A stretch of DNA of 44,724 nucleotides from Candidatus Peribacteraceae bacterium. Its GTDB lineage: Bacteria > Patescibacteriota > Gracilibacteria > Peribacterales > Peribacteraceae. Numbering within the stretch: position 1 is the first letter of the stretch; the number at the start of each line of letters is the position of its first letter. Under the pieces are notes generated by a model. The model saw only the letters and a list, made by a program, of their open reading frames with translations. It searched no databases and was not told the DNA's origin. Of this stretch, positions 1-9,109 are shown one piece after another. The position numbers and the translations under genes were made by a program. The DNA is taken from the NCBI GenBank assembly GCA_013140485.1, contig JABFSS010000068.1, forward strand, positions 1 to 44,724. The letters run 5' to 3'.

Positions 1-2835
1 ACCTTCAAAAACTCTTCCTTCCGTCTCCTCGACTCCAGTTTTGCCAACTGTACCGCTCTGGAAACAGTTGATGGCGTCCTCACCTGTGGCTCTGATGGAG
101 GAGGAACGTCATTCTTGGCTGGGCAGGGCATCAATCTCAACGGAGCCAATGCCTTCTCGACGAACTCCATCCTGACTGGCTCGCTGATTCGTTTCACGAA
201 CCTCTCGGGTTCCACGATCTTCGCCAAGAACACTCTCGCATCCTCTGGATCTCTGAAGGTTCTCGGAACCGCATCCGGAGGACAGCTGCATGCGAGCAAT
301 CAACTGCGTTCGTCGGGAACACTGAGCGTGCAGGGAATCAGCAATTTGAAAGGAGCCGCCATTTTCGGTTCCACCCTCAGTCTCAACGGCGTCACCTATA
401 CCTTCCCAGGCGGTGACGGCTCTGCGTCGGGGAAAGTGCTCAAGACGAACGGGGCGGGACAACTGGCGTGGTCGAGTGATATTGATACGGATACCGATAC
501 GAATACCGTGACGGCAGTGGGTCGTGGGCTCGGACTCACGAGCGGGGTTCTGACGCTCAATGCCACCATCACCGGTTCTCTCGTCCGCTTCACCAACCTC
601 TCCGGTTCCACCGTCTTCGCCAAGAACACACTCGCATCCTCGGGATCGCTGAAGGTTCTCGGAACCGCGTCTGGAGGACAGCTGCATGCGAGCAATCAAC
701 TGCGTTCGTCGGGCACTCTCTCTGTTCAGGGGGTCAGCAATTTGAAGGGGGCAGCGATCTTCGGATCCACCTTGTCTCTGAATGGCGTCACGTACACGTT
801 CCCCGGAGGAGATGGGTCTGCGTCGGGGAAGGTTCTGAAGACCAACAGCGCTGGCCAACTTTCCTGGAGCAGTGATATTGATACGGATACGAATACGACA
901 TATACGGCGGGCCAAGGGTTAACACTCAACGGTAGCAACGCCTTCTCGATCAACTCCACTCAGACAGGCTCGCTGCTCAGCTTCACCACTGTCTCGGGCT
1001 CCCGGCTCTTCGCTAAGAACATTTTGACGACGTCCGGAACACTCACGGTAAAGAAGGCTGCGGGGACCGCCACCGGCAATATCTTGATCGTCGATACCAA
1101 GGGTCTTGTCTACGATGCAACGACCAAGGACGTGGGCATCGGGACCGCGAGCCCTGGAGCAAAACTGCATGTGGTATCCAAAGCAGTCAATACGGCCCTG
1201 CTCAAGATCACTGCTTCTGATAATTCCGATCTTTTCAACATTGATGAAGATGTGTCGGGCAACGGATTAGTCACCGTACGAAACGCGGCAGGAGCTAGTG
1301 TTGTTGAAATGTATGGCCTGACAGATGGTCTATTTTCGGTCTACAAGTCTGGTGTTATATCTCCAAAGGTTCAATTTTATGCCGGAGGTGACAGTTATGT
1401 GAATGCCGGAAATTTCGGTGTGGGAACAATCACGCCCGGCTCGCGGCTGTCGGTCTCTGGCTCAGTCATTATCAGTCCGCTCGGGACGCTCGACACCATC
1501 GCTGCGGACGCAGGTCTGGCAATGGAGATTATCGGGGCTGCGTCCGGACGAATCCTCCATGCTCAAGACCAATTGAGATCGAGCGGATCGCTCTCGATCC
1601 AGGGCGCGGCGGCCTTCAAGAGTTCTTCGTTCACTCTTCTCGATTCCGGATTTGCGAACTGTACGGCTCTGGAGACGAGCAATGGTGTTCTTACGTGTGG
1701 ATCGGATGCAGGAGGCACGTACGCTGCCGGCCAAGGTCTGACGCTCAATGGCAGCAATGCTTTCTCGACGAATTCCATTCTGACCGGCTCGCTGATTCGT
1801 TTCACGAACCTCTCGGGTTCTACGATCTTTGCGAAGAACACACTCGCATCTTCCGGATCTCTGAAAGTTCTGGGAACCGCTTCTGGAGGGCAGCTGCATG
1901 CGAGTAACCAGCTGCGTTCCTCAGGAACACTCACCGTCCAAGGCGCGACGATTCTTCGCAACGACCTCACGCTCGGCGGTGGCAATCTCAACTTCACCGA
2001 AGGCACCACCATCGGCGATGGAGGCGATGCGCTCATCATTAACTCCAGTGGAACATTTACGGTACAGGATATTCTCGACATCTCCGATAACAACATGGTG
2101 AATGTCGGGGACATCGCTCTGGATTCTCTATCATCGGATGCCGGAGCAAGCATCAGTGTCGCACTAGGATCCGATCCGGGCGATGACTTCATCGTCGACA
2201 CGACGGGACTCGTCTACGAGGGAGACACTAACCGAGTGGGTATCGGGACGGCGGCTCCTAAGACTACGCTCGAAATCATTGGCACCGCCTCGGGCATCCA
2301 GATTCATGCGAGAGACAAACTCCTGAGCTCCGGCTCCCTCGTCGTGGCTGGTGCCGCCCGCTTCAAATCGTCCTCCTTTACTCTCCTCGACTCCGGCTTC
2401 GCCAACTGTACCGCCCTTGAGACCGCCGATGGCGTTCTCACATGTGGAAGCGATGGTGGCACCACATACGTTGCCGGCCAAGGTCTGACGCTCAATGGCA
2501 GCAATGCGTTCTCGACGAATTCCATTTTGACCGGCTCGCTGATTCGTTTCACGAACCTCTCGGGTTCTACGATCTTTGCGAAGAACACGCTCGCATCTTC
2601 TGGATCGCTCAAGGTTCTTGGAACCGCGTCTGGAGGACAGCTGCATGCGAGTAACCAGCTGCGATCGTCGGGAACGCTCTCCATCCAGGGAATCACCAAC
2701 CTCAAAGGAGCCGCCATCTTCGGATCCACCCTCAGTCTCAACGGCGTCACCTACACGTTCCCGGGTGGCGACGGTTCTGCATCGGGGAAAGTACTGAAGA
2801 CGAATGGGGCGGGGCAGTTGGCGTGGAGCACGGAC
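1..2835 (+). repeat. long imperfect coding repeats inside the giant gene (two interleaved unit types)
   Basis: The GQG(L/I)(T/N)LNG...LRSSGTL unit starts near 124, 910 (diverged), 1729 and 2476. The FKSSSFTLLDSGFANCTALET unit starts near 1, 1615 and 2362. Copies at 1729-1900 and 2476-2650 are near-identical at nucleotide level, with scattered, mostly synonymous differences. Confidence 0.85.
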
Positions 2836-5800
2836 TTGAATACAGGAGGCGGTTCCTCCTTTGGAACCGGCAATACGCTCACCATTGGCGATTCCCGCTA
2901 CGTGCGCAAGAGTGGCGATACAATGACCGGAGCGCTCATCATCAATCCGTCATCCGATGCCATTCAACTGAATGTGAAAGCGTCCGCTCTGCAGTTACTC
3001 GACACCATGGTCATCGAATCAAATTTCGGTACCGACTGGCTTGTGGTTCAGGCCAACGGCGACGTGCAGACAACACAGGCTCTTTTGGTCAACGGCACGC
3101 TCTCCACCAGCAACACCGCCATTCTCGTTGCCAAGCCCCTCGCCATCGGCGGTGTCTCTGCTCTGGCATACAACGCGATATCCGATTCCGGCACGACGAG
3201 CCACGGGACCATTAACTTTGAAGATATCGGCGCGGATAATGATTTGTATATCGAAGGCGCCCTGGAAGTGGATGGAAGCGTCTACTTCGACGGTGGTTTC
3301 GAAGTATTTGGCACGGGCTCAGGCAGCATCTTCCACGCATCCACCCAACTCCGTTCCTCCGGCGGTCTCATCGTCCAGACGACCGGTCTCTTTAAGGGAA
3401 ACCTGACGACGCGCGGCGTTCTCTCTGGCTCCTCTCTCGTGGTTTCCGGTGGCACCAAAACCTATTCGGGCATCGTGATCCAACGCTCGTCCGGGGCCAA
3501 ATTCCTCACGTTGAGAGACGCCGATAACAGCAAAGCGGTGGGAATCTATTCCGGTTCCGGTTCTCCATGGAACAAGATATTGGCAGCGACGGGCTCGTTC
3601 TATTTAGATAACAACAGAGGCAATGCGTATCTGAACGTCGCGGGCGGCGACAAAAAAGCTTGGCGCATCGTTCAGTTGGGCACGGGAAGTGGATCGACCT
3701 ATCCCGATCGCGCCGACCTCTGGCACCAAAACAGTACTGTCACCGCGGGCAACGCCAGCTCCTGCACTCAAGACGTGAACGAGATGTATGACATTTTCTG
3801 CGGTCCGGGTACTCCTGCTCAGAACGACGCATTTACAAATGGCTTCTTCCTGCGCGCCGGTACGTATACGTTCTCCACTATGGGTCTTACGAGTAATAAT
3901 AAAGGCTCGATTGACTGGTATATCGACGGAACGTCAGTCGTGTCCGCGCAGGATTGGTACTCCGTTACTGGTACATATAACGTCGTAAAAACGGCGACGG
4001 TCACGGTGACGGGCAACGGATACCACGTATTGAGGGGAATCGTGAGCACAAAGAACGCCAGTAGCTCAAATTACGCCATGCTTCTGACGAAGATGTGGTT
4101 CGTTCCGACAAGCGACAACACGCACACGTCCCCCGGCGCCGACTACGCCGAGTGGTTCCGCGCGACTCCGGATGCGACGGGCTCACTGCCGCAGAAAGGA
4201 GATCTCGTATGTGTGGACGTGACGGCGCCCAATACCGTCCGCAAATGTGAAAACGAGGCGGATTCGAACGTGATGGGTATCGTCTCGACCAGTCCGTCGT
4301 TCATCGGTAATGATCACACGTTCGACGGCGTGCCGATTCCCGGAACCGTGCTTGTCGGTCTCATCGGTCAGATTCCCGCGAAAGTGATCGTCGAATCGGG
4401 CTCCGGCGGGGGGCTGGGAGCGATCCGTCCGGGTGATTCCCTCACGCCCGCATCGCGCCCAGGCTACGCGCGCAAGGCGATGGCGGGCGAAGCGACGGTC
4501 GGTGTCGCGCTGGAAGGCCTCGAAAGCGGCGAAGGCTTGATTCAGGTTCTCGTCGCGCGCCGCAACGGTTCGCTCACGGCCGACGCGGTCAGTGACCGCG
4601 TCCTCCAGACGATTAAAGATCTGAAAATCGAAGATGAATTGAAGCTCGCTTTGAAGCAGACAGTGGAGCAGTTCAGCGCCTCCGGTACGCTCCTGCAGCC
4701 GATCAGTGACGAAGTGGAACGTCAGCTGCAACAGCAGATTTCCACGCTCGGCATGGGTTCCGTAACGGACAGGCTGGCGGCACTGGAGGCGAGAATGGCA
4801 ACGATGTCGGGTGGGATCGTTCCGTCAGCGGAGACAGAGCCTGTCCCGAGCCGAGCCGAGGGGTCGTCTGCGCTGACATCGGAAAATCTCTCTCTCAGTG
4901 GATCTCTGACCGCCCAAGAACTGCGCGCGCAGACTCTCTCGCTCGAGGAAAATCTCGCCGCAAAAGAAGGCCGCTTTGCGGGAGATCTGTACGTCGACGG
5001 CGTCTTCCACGTCCGCGATCTCTATGTGCCCAACGGCGTACGCATCGACGGCGGTCTCCATGCCGCGGCGCTGGAAGTGCAGTCCGGCGCGGTCATTAAT
5101 GGCACGCTGACGCTCAATAGCGACCTCAACGTGACCAAGAGCATTAACTTCGCCTCGGGCTCCGTTCTCTCCGCGCACGATCTGATCGTCCGAGGCGCAT
5201 TGCACGTCGTGGGCCCGGTGACCATCGACGGCCTCGCGCAGTTCCTCGGCGACGTGGAGATTAAAGGCCAGTTGACCCTGAGCAACCGCCAAGCGGGCTT
5301 CGCCGAAATTCCACAAACCGGAACGTCCGTGACAATCGTCTTTGAGCCGCCCTTGAACGGAACGCCCGTCGTGACAGCCTCACCCGATGTTCCCCTGCTC
5401 TACGCGGTCAGCCGCGCTACGGCGACGGGCTTCGTCATCCGGCTGTCGGCCCCCGCGGCCGAGCGCGTCGGATTCTCGTGGACCGCTCTGACGGCCGTCG
5501 ATCCGCAGACCGCCCTCGGACATGCCGCGGCGGACGGTCCTGAGCCACTTCCCTTCTTGGTCGACGGCGATGGCATTCCGCTGAGTGAGGATGAGGCATG
5601 GAATTCCTGCATCCGCAATCATCCGCTGCTCACCGCCGACGGATCGCCCATCAGCTGCGGCGGCTACCACGACGCCTACGTCTGGGAACACCCGGATCTG
5701 CATATCAACTTCACGTGGAATACCTCCATGACGCCGCCGCTCCTGCAGCTGCCTGAAGGCTTTGTCGTCGAGAGAGCAGAAGCTCCTGCAGTATCTGACG

Positions 5801-6165
5801 AGAGTTCGTCATCTTCCTCAGACAGCAGTTCGTCTGCCCCGCAAAGCCCGGAGGCCGAAGCGGAGTCCTCGAGTAGCAGTGAAGACGCATCATCGAGTTC
5901 CTCCGCCGCAAGTGACGACTCTTCCTCGTCATCTTCCTCGAGCGACAGCAGCGACACTTCCTCCAGTGCCGCCAGTGAGAGCAGCGAATCCAGTGATAGT
6001 GATGAAGCATCGTCCGCGTCTTCCAGTGATAGCGGCGAAACGTCCTCTGCGTCTTCAAGCGATGACAGCGAGACATCTTCAGCGTCTTCCGAAGCAGACG
6101 GCAGTTCAAGTTCCTCCGACGAGAACTTCACTCCCCTGACTCCGCCGCCCGGTGAAGATCAGTGA
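1..6165 (+). CDS. giant repeat-rich secreted/surface protein, 5' partial (tail-fibre-like repeats, putative intramolecular-chaperone auto-cleavage module, acidic Ser-rich tail)
   Basis: Frame 1 is open from nt 1. TFKNSSFRLLDSSFANCTALETVDGVLTCGSDGGG matches the internal repeat FKSSSFTLLDSGFANCTALET..GVLTCGSD, so the ATG at 115 in the ORF track is internal. Stop TGA at 6163-6165. Recurrent unit GQGLTLNGSNAFSTNSILTGSLIRFTNLSG...GVTYTFPGGDGSASGKVLKTNGAGQLAWS. ADYAEWF...GDLVCVD...MGIVSTSPSFIGN at 4138-4320. About 110 aa of S/D/E tail. Confidence 0.85.
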   Translation, partial: TFKNSSFRLLDSSFANCTALETVDGVLTCGSDGGGTSFLAGQGINLNGANAFSTNSILTGSLIRFTNLSGSTIFAKNTLASSGSLKVLGTASGGQLHASNQLRSSGTLSVQGISNLKGAAIFGSTLSLNGVTYTFPGGDGSASGKVLKTNGAGQLAWSSDIDTDTDTNTVTAVGRGLGLTSGVLTLNATITGSLVRFTNLSGSTVFAKNTLASSGSLKVLGTASGGQLHASNQLRSSGTLSVQGVSNLKGAAIFGSTLSLNGVTYTFPGGDGSASGKVLKTNSAGQLSWSSDIDTDTNTTYTAGQGLTLNGSNAFSINSTQTGSLLSFTTVSGSRLFAKNILTTSGTLTVKKAAGTATGNILIVDTKGLVYDATTKDVGIGTASPGAKLHVVSKAVNTALLKITASDNSDLFNIDEDVSGNGLVTVRNAAGASVVEMYGLTDGLFSVYKSGVISPKVQFYAGGDSYVNAGNFGVGTITPGSRLSVSGSVIISPLGTLDTIAADAGLAMEIIGAASGRILHAQDQLRSSGSLSIQGAAAFKSSSFTLLDSGFANCTALETSNGVLTCGSDAGGTYAAGQGLTLNGSNAFSTNSILTGSLIRFTNLSGSTIFAKNTLASSGSLKVLGTASGGQLHASNQLRSSGTLTVQGATILRNDLTLGGGNLNFTEGTTIGDGGDALIINSSGTFTVQDILDISDNNMVNVGDIALDSLSSDAGASISVALGSDPGDDFIVDTTGLVYEGDTNRVGIGTAAPKTTLEIIGTASGIQIHARDKLLSSGSLVVAGAARFKSSSFTLLDSGFANCTALETADGVLTCGSDGGTTYVAGQGLTLNGSNAFSTNSILTGSLIRFTNLSGSTIFAKNTLASSGSLKVLGTASGGQLHASNQLRSSGTLSIQGITNLKGAAIFGSTLSLNGVTYTFPGGDGSASGKVLKTNGAGQLAWSTDLNTGGGSSFGTGNTLTIGDSRYVRKSGDTMTGALIINPSSDAIQLNVKASALQLLDTMVIESNFGTDWLVVQANGDVQTTQALLVNGTLSTSNTAILVAKPLAIGGVSALAYNAISDSGTTSHGTINFEDIGADNDLYIEGALEVDGSVYFDGGFEVFGTGSGSIFHASTQLRSSGGLIVQTTGLFKGNLTTRGVLSGSSLVVSGGTKTYSGIVIQRSSGAKFLTLRDADNSKAVGIYSGSGSPWNKILAATGSFYLDNNRGNAYLNVAGGDKKAWRIVQLGTGSGSTYPDRADLWHQNSTVTAGNASSCTQDVNEMYDIFCGPGTPAQNDAFTNGFFLRAGTYTFSTMGLTSNNKGSIDWYIDGTSVVSAQDWYSVTGTYNVVKTATVTVTGNGYHVLRGIVSTKNASSSNYAMLLTKMWFVPTSDNTHTSPGADYAEWFRATPDATGSLPQKGDLVCVDVTAPNTVRKCENEADSNVMGIVSTSPSFIGNDHTFDGVPIPGTVLVGLIGQIPAKVIVESGSGGGLGAIRPGDSLTPASRPGYARKAMAGEATVGVALEGLESGEGLIQVLVARRNGSLTADAVSDRVLQTIKDLKIEDELKLALKQTVEQFSASGTLLQPISDEVERQLQQQISTLGMGSVTDRLAALEARMATMSGGIVPSAETEPVPSRAEGSSALTSENLSLSGSLTAQELRAQTLSLEENLAAKEGRFAGDLYVDGVFHVRDLYVPNGVRIDGGLHAAALEVQSGAVINGTLTLNSDLNVTKSINFASGSVLSAHDLIVRGALHVVGPVTIDGLAQFLGDVEIKGQLTLSNRQAGFAEIPQTGTSVTIVFEPPLNGTPVVTASPDVPLLYAVSRATATGFVIRLSAPAAERVGFSWTALTAVDPQTALGHAAADGPEPLPFLVDGDGIPLSEDEAWNSCIRNHPLLTADGSPISCGGYHDAYVWEHPDLHINFTWNTSMTPPLLQLPEGFVVERAEAPAVSDESSSSSSDSSSSAPQSPEAEAESSSSSEDASSSSSAASDDSSSSSSSSDSSDTSSSAASESSESSDSDEASSASSSDSGETSSASSSDDSETSSASSEADGSSSSSDENFTPLTPPPGEDQ
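5794..6122 (+). repeat. low-complexity Ser/Asp/Glu-coding tract (C-terminal tail of the giant protein)
   Basis: Translation is SDESSSSSSDSSSSAPQSPEAEAESSSSSEDASSSSSAASDDSSSSSSSSDSSDTSS...SSSSDEN. Built from agc/agt/tcn plus gac/gaa codons. Confidence 0.9.
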
Positions 6166-6890
6166 ACGTCCGCATTCGTATGCACTTCGCTCACGTCATC
6201 ATCTTCCTCAACCGCCTCGACGAATTTCTCGAGCTTCTCCGCCGTCGCCTGATCACTGACGGCGGTCTTCTGCTTTGCAATATACGAGAGCCCTGCTGAC
6301 AGGATTTCAAAACCTTTCTGCTTCAGAAGATCCCGCACCTTCGTCCAATCATTCACCGAAGTGATCACCGTCATGACGTCACCATCAACGGAAATATCTT
6401 CGGCTCCGGCATCGATGAGCTCCAATTCCAAACTGTCATCCCGAGTAGCTCGCGCTGGAGACGCGAGCGTAACGAGGGACCCTTTCCTCTCAAACATCCA
6501 CGCCACGCTCCCCGTCTCCGCAAAGTTCCCTCCGTTCTTCGAGATGGCGAGTTTGAGATTCGCCGTCGTCCGATTGCGATTGTCGGTGAGGCATTCAATA
6601 AGACATGCGACGCCTCCCGGCCCGTACGCCGCATAGATCGCTTCCTGCATCGCTTCGCCTTTCAGCTCCCCGGAGCCCTTTTTGATCGCTCGCTCGATGT
6701 TGTCGTTGGGGACGCTGTCGATCTTCGCATTATCGATCGCCGCGCGTAGCGACGAATTCGTCCGCGGATCCGGCCCCGTCCGCGCCGCCATTTCGATCAA
6801 GCGCGCATGCTTGGTGTAGACCTTATTGCGCCTGGCGTCCTGCGCGCCTTTTCGAACCCGGATGTTGGCCCATTTGCTGTGTCCTGACAT
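6159..6890 (-). CDS. yebC: YebC/PmpR family DNA-binding transcriptional regulator
   Basis: The N-terminus MSGHSKWANIRVRKGAQDARRNKVYTKHARLIEMAAR..GPDP..N..LRAAIDNAK is the family signature. 243 aa is the typical length. Its 3' end overlaps the convergent giant gene by 7 nt. Confidence 0.9.
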   Translation of the reverse strand: MSGHSKWANIRVRKGAQDARRNKVYTKHARLIEMAARTGPDPRTNSSLRAAIDNAKIDSVPNDNIERAIKKGSGELKGEAMQEAIYAAYGPGGVACLIECLTDNRNRTTANLKLAISKNGGNFAETGSVAWMFERKGSLVTLASPARATRDDSLELELIDAGAEDISVDGDVMTVITSVNDWTKVRDLLKQKGFEILSAGLSYIAKQKTAVSDQATAEKLEKFVEAVEEDDDVSEVHTNADVH

Positions 6891-6911
6891 GGATCTAGCT
6901 TATTAGCTTTT

Positions 6912-6972
6912 AGCTGTTTAGCTTCAAAAAAATCCGTTCGTAAAAGCTAAGAAACTAAACAGCTAAACAGCT
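6912..6972. repeat. AGCT-rich imperfect palindrome with a perfect 12-bp inverted repeat
   Basis: agctgtttagct (6912-6923) is the exact reverse complement of agctaaacagct (6961-6972). Further partial pairing extends to about 6896-6981. It lies between the rpsR relic and the yebC start. Confidence 0.6.
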
Positions 6973-6978
6973 GAGAAG

Positions 6979-7026
6979 CTATTTGCGATACGCCAAGATC
7001 CTCGCGCGTTCGATAGCCGTCCTCAA
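6979..7026 (-). pseudogene. relic of a ribosomal protein S18 (rpsR) 3' end
   Basis: The minus-strand reading ttg agg acg gct atc gaa cgc gcg agg atc ttg gcg tat cgc aaa tag gives LRTAIERARILAYRK-stop. Intact S18 ends MLRTAIERARFLAFLAYRK-stop. The upstream reading frame closes after 37 codons and shows no further S18 similarity. Confidence 0.7.
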
Positions 7027-8702
7027 TCTCTTCCTGCCGCCCCCCGCAGCAATGCGATGAGTGTCTGTTCCCATTGCCCCGTTACGAAGCGCGTCTCATG
7101 CGATCCGTTCGGCTGCCTCGGACCGAGGATCACGGTCAGAGGAATGAGCGTGACAATGCTATCGATTATCACACGTAGTTTTTCTTCCTGGGGGCTGACA
7201 CCGAGTGATACACGGTTTCCAAGCCTCTTTAGGAGGGGTTCGACAACAGCCCTGCTTTCGGCGCTCAGCGGAAGATCGGAGGGAATGCCGGAGACCCATT
7301 CAATCGTCCATTCATAAATCTCTGCTTCCCGATCGCGCACCTGCTTAATCATGGCACGGTGGGAATCATTCTGTGATGCTCTGAAAGAGTAAGGAACTCC
7401 TTCAATGTCCTGGATGAATTGTCTTCCTTGGTGCCAAAGCGCGACCGCCGCTTTCCGGTCCGGTGTCGCCCGTAGACGTTGATACTCTTTCGTGATCGCT
7501 TGGAACGTCTTGGGTATTTGCTCCATCGTCAGACCATGTTGCTGTGCTAAGAGTGCATGCTCCTGCAGTTGCAGTTCTTTCTGCAAAGGCTCCGTTGCAT
7601 CACTGAGCCAGCTTCTTAAATTACGCAAATCAGTAGTACTGCGCATCATATGAGAGCGGACTGCCGCATGCATGTCCTGGTACGCGGCTATCGTCTGCTG
7701 GAGGGCGCCGATATAGGACTTTCTCGCTCTCTCCAGGTCCGTACTTCCAGGTACGGCCCGCTGAGCGTTAAAAGCTTTTCGGGCGAGTTCGAGTGCACTT
7801 CTCGTCGCCCGAAGTTGGGGCTGGAGACGTGCGGCATCCGCCCGTGCCAGGATATTCGTGTCGAGACCCGGAATCGGCAGAACGGGTGGAAGCACTGGCG
7901 ACGCCTCTTGCTCCGTCTGGTTCTTGTATTCCTCCTCTCGCCTCTTCGCCTCCGGACTCCCGGCGCCGATCTTCTGGTACATTTCTTCGTTCGTCATCGC
8001 GCCGTAGCGCACGTTCGGATACCGGGACGTGTCGGTTTTCCGTTGGGGCTCAATGGATGTCGGCGATGATTTTTTTGTTTTCTCTTCAAATTGTCTCTTC
8101 GTCACCCCGCTCGTCCTTTTTGTGAGGTACTGAGAAAGAACGGGGGTGAGGGTGCTCGCGAGACTGCCTCGTCCGGACGCAGTGCCCATCCATGCCCACG
8201 GATGCACAGGCAATCCGGTGTCGTAGCGGGCCGGCGCGGCAAGCGTGTATGGAGCGGATTCGAGTCCATGGGGAATTGATGGGTACGGCTGATGCGACGA
8301 GAACTGCTGCTGCGCCGAAAACCCGTAATACTGTCCGAAGTTGGCGAATGCCGCTTGCGGCTGCGGATGCGGAAATGGCGTCCTGTACTGCTGGCGCATG
8401 GCCCCCCACGGCATCCGTCCCGTCTGATACATATATGGCCCTTGGTAGCTGAAACGCGCGGCGGCGGCCGGCATCCATCGGTTCATCGCGGGATACATCG
8501 CAGGGGAATAGGCGGGTGTCGCCTGCATCCACTGACCAGGATACGTCCGGAGAAATTGTCGGCTCTGATTCATACGCGCCTGGTACGCCGCCATCTGATT
8601 GAACAGGCGCGCGTTTTCGGGAACGGCATTGCCGGGAAAAGGCATGTTTGGTCCTCGGAAGTTCTGTGCGAGCAGCCGGGATTCGGAAAAGAAGAATCTC
8701 AT
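7023..8702 (-). CDS. hypothetical protein with M/P/Q/Y-rich low-complexity N-terminal third and helical C-terminal part
   Basis: 559-aa ORF with GC-rich third positions. Its start overlaps the stop of the upstream ORF (ATGA at 8699-8702). I recognise no family motif. Confidence 0.6.
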   Translation of the reverse strand: MRFFFSESRLLAQNFRGPNMPFPGNAVPENARLFNQMAAYQARMNQSRQFLRTYPGQWMQATPAYSPAMYPAMNRWMPAAAARFSYQGPYMYQTGRMPWGAMRQQYRTPFPHPQPQAAFANFGQYYGFSAQQQFSSHQPYPSIPHGLESAPYTLAAPARYDTGLPVHPWAWMGTASGRGSLASTLTPVLSQYLTKRTSGVTKRQFEEKTKKSSPTSIEPQRKTDTSRYPNVRYGAMTNEEMYQKIGAGSPEAKRREEEYKNQTEQEASPVLPPVLPIPGLDTNILARADAARLQPQLRATRSALELARKAFNAQRAVPGSTDLERARKSYIGALQQTIAAYQDMHAAVRSHMMRSTTDLRNLRSWLSDATEPLQKELQLQEHALLAQQHGLTMEQIPKTFQAITKEYQRLRATPDRKAAVALWHQGRQFIQDIEGVPYSFRASQNDSHRAMIKQVRDREAEIYEWTIEWVSGIPSDLPLSAESRAVVEPLLKRLGNRVSLGVSPQEEKLRVIIDSIVTLIPLTVILGPRQPNGSHETRFVTGQWEQTLIALLRGAAGRD

Positions 8703-9052
8703 GAGCCTACGTCGGTATTGATCTGCGACTCGGCGTCGTCTATCTCACGCGCGTGTTCCGCATGTTCTTTTTTCTCGCGCTCCGTGCGCAGTGCGGCATG
8801 CGCGACTTGCGCATCCTGCGAACAGTGCCCCGTCACCTTCGCATACACGTCGTCAAACACCGCGAACGCTTTCTCATACGACTGCAAACGCTCGGCGCGT
8901 TGCGCCAGAGTTTCATCGCGGTACTTCTCGTCCAGCCGTCCGATTTCGGCGCTCGTCAGATCGGGTTCGATCCCCATCATGATCATGTCGTAGAGCCATG
9001 TATCGGGAAGCGCTGCCTGCGGTGAAGATGTGGATGTTTGAGATGAGGGCAT
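8699..9052 (-). CDS. hypothetical protein (117 aa)
   Basis: ORF immediately downstream of a sigma70-like promoter and translationally coupled to the 559-aa ORF. No recognised motif. Confidence 0.55.
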   Translation of the reverse strand: MPSSQTSTSSPQAALPDTWLYDMIMMGIEPDLTSAEIGRLDEKYRDETLAQRAERLQSYEKAFAVFDDVYAKVTGHCSQDAQVAHAALRTEREKKEHAEHAREIDDAESQINTDVGS

Positions 9053-9059
9053 TCTTCAA

Positions 9060-9088
9060 ATTATAGCCGAAAAACCCCTTTTTGACCA
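9060..9088 (-). promoter_or_regulatory. sigma70-type promoter, probably giving a leaderless mRNA
   Basis: Minus strand reads TGGTCA (9088-9083), a 17-nt spacer, TATAAT (9065-9060), 7 nt (ttgaaga), then the ATG at 9052. Confidence 0.5.
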
Positions 9089-9109
9089 GATACTTCACCA
9101 CTGGAAATT

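Larger units (their letters stand above)
7027..9109 (-). mobile_element. candidate inserted two-gene cassette bounded by diverged copies of the rpsR 3' end (no recombinase seen)
   Basis: Flanked by the intact rpsR end (9110-9166) and the relic (6979-7026) in direct orientation. It carries its own promoter and two orphan ORFs. The mobility call is inference only. Confidence 0.35.

Noticed and set aside
115-2835. Diversity-generating retroelement (template/variable repeat pair) in the giant gene repeats.
   Set aside because: Mismatches between near-identical copies (for example 1729-1900 against 2476-2650) involve all base types and are mostly synonymous, not adenine-specific. No reverse transcriptase is in the window.
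5676-6131. Acidic ELELE/EDAED-type ORFs antisense to the poly-Ser tracts (also 39895-40212 and 40459-40962).
   Set aside because: They are the mirror image of Ser codons (agc/tcg give gct/cga frames) inside well-supported genes. This is a compositional artefact.
6159-6161. Possible UGA recoding, as in Gracilibacteria/SR1-type CPR lineages.
   Set aside because: UGA terminates yebC and secA at their canonical protein ends. The giant ORFs are uninterrupted under the standard code.
6896-6981. Integron attC-like site next to the orphan cassette.
   Set aside because: The palindrome reads GTTTAGC ... GCTAAAC, with GTT first and AAC last. attC sites have the opposite order (RYYYAAC ... GTTRRRY). 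No integron integrase is present.
7027-7110. Extension of the S18 relic further upstream, for example RFVTG in the 559-aa frame resembling the S18 RYYTG.
   Set aside because: It requires a frameshift and 26 extra nucleotides relative to rpsR. Similarity is limited to 3 residues. Only the last 15 codons are convincing.
8966-8990. tRNA-like T-arm sequences: gggttcgatcccc here and agtggttcgagttcact at 25833-25849.
   Set aside because: There is no matching acceptor stem or D/anticodon arms in the flanks. Both lie inside coding regions. I found no convincing tRNA anywhere in the window.
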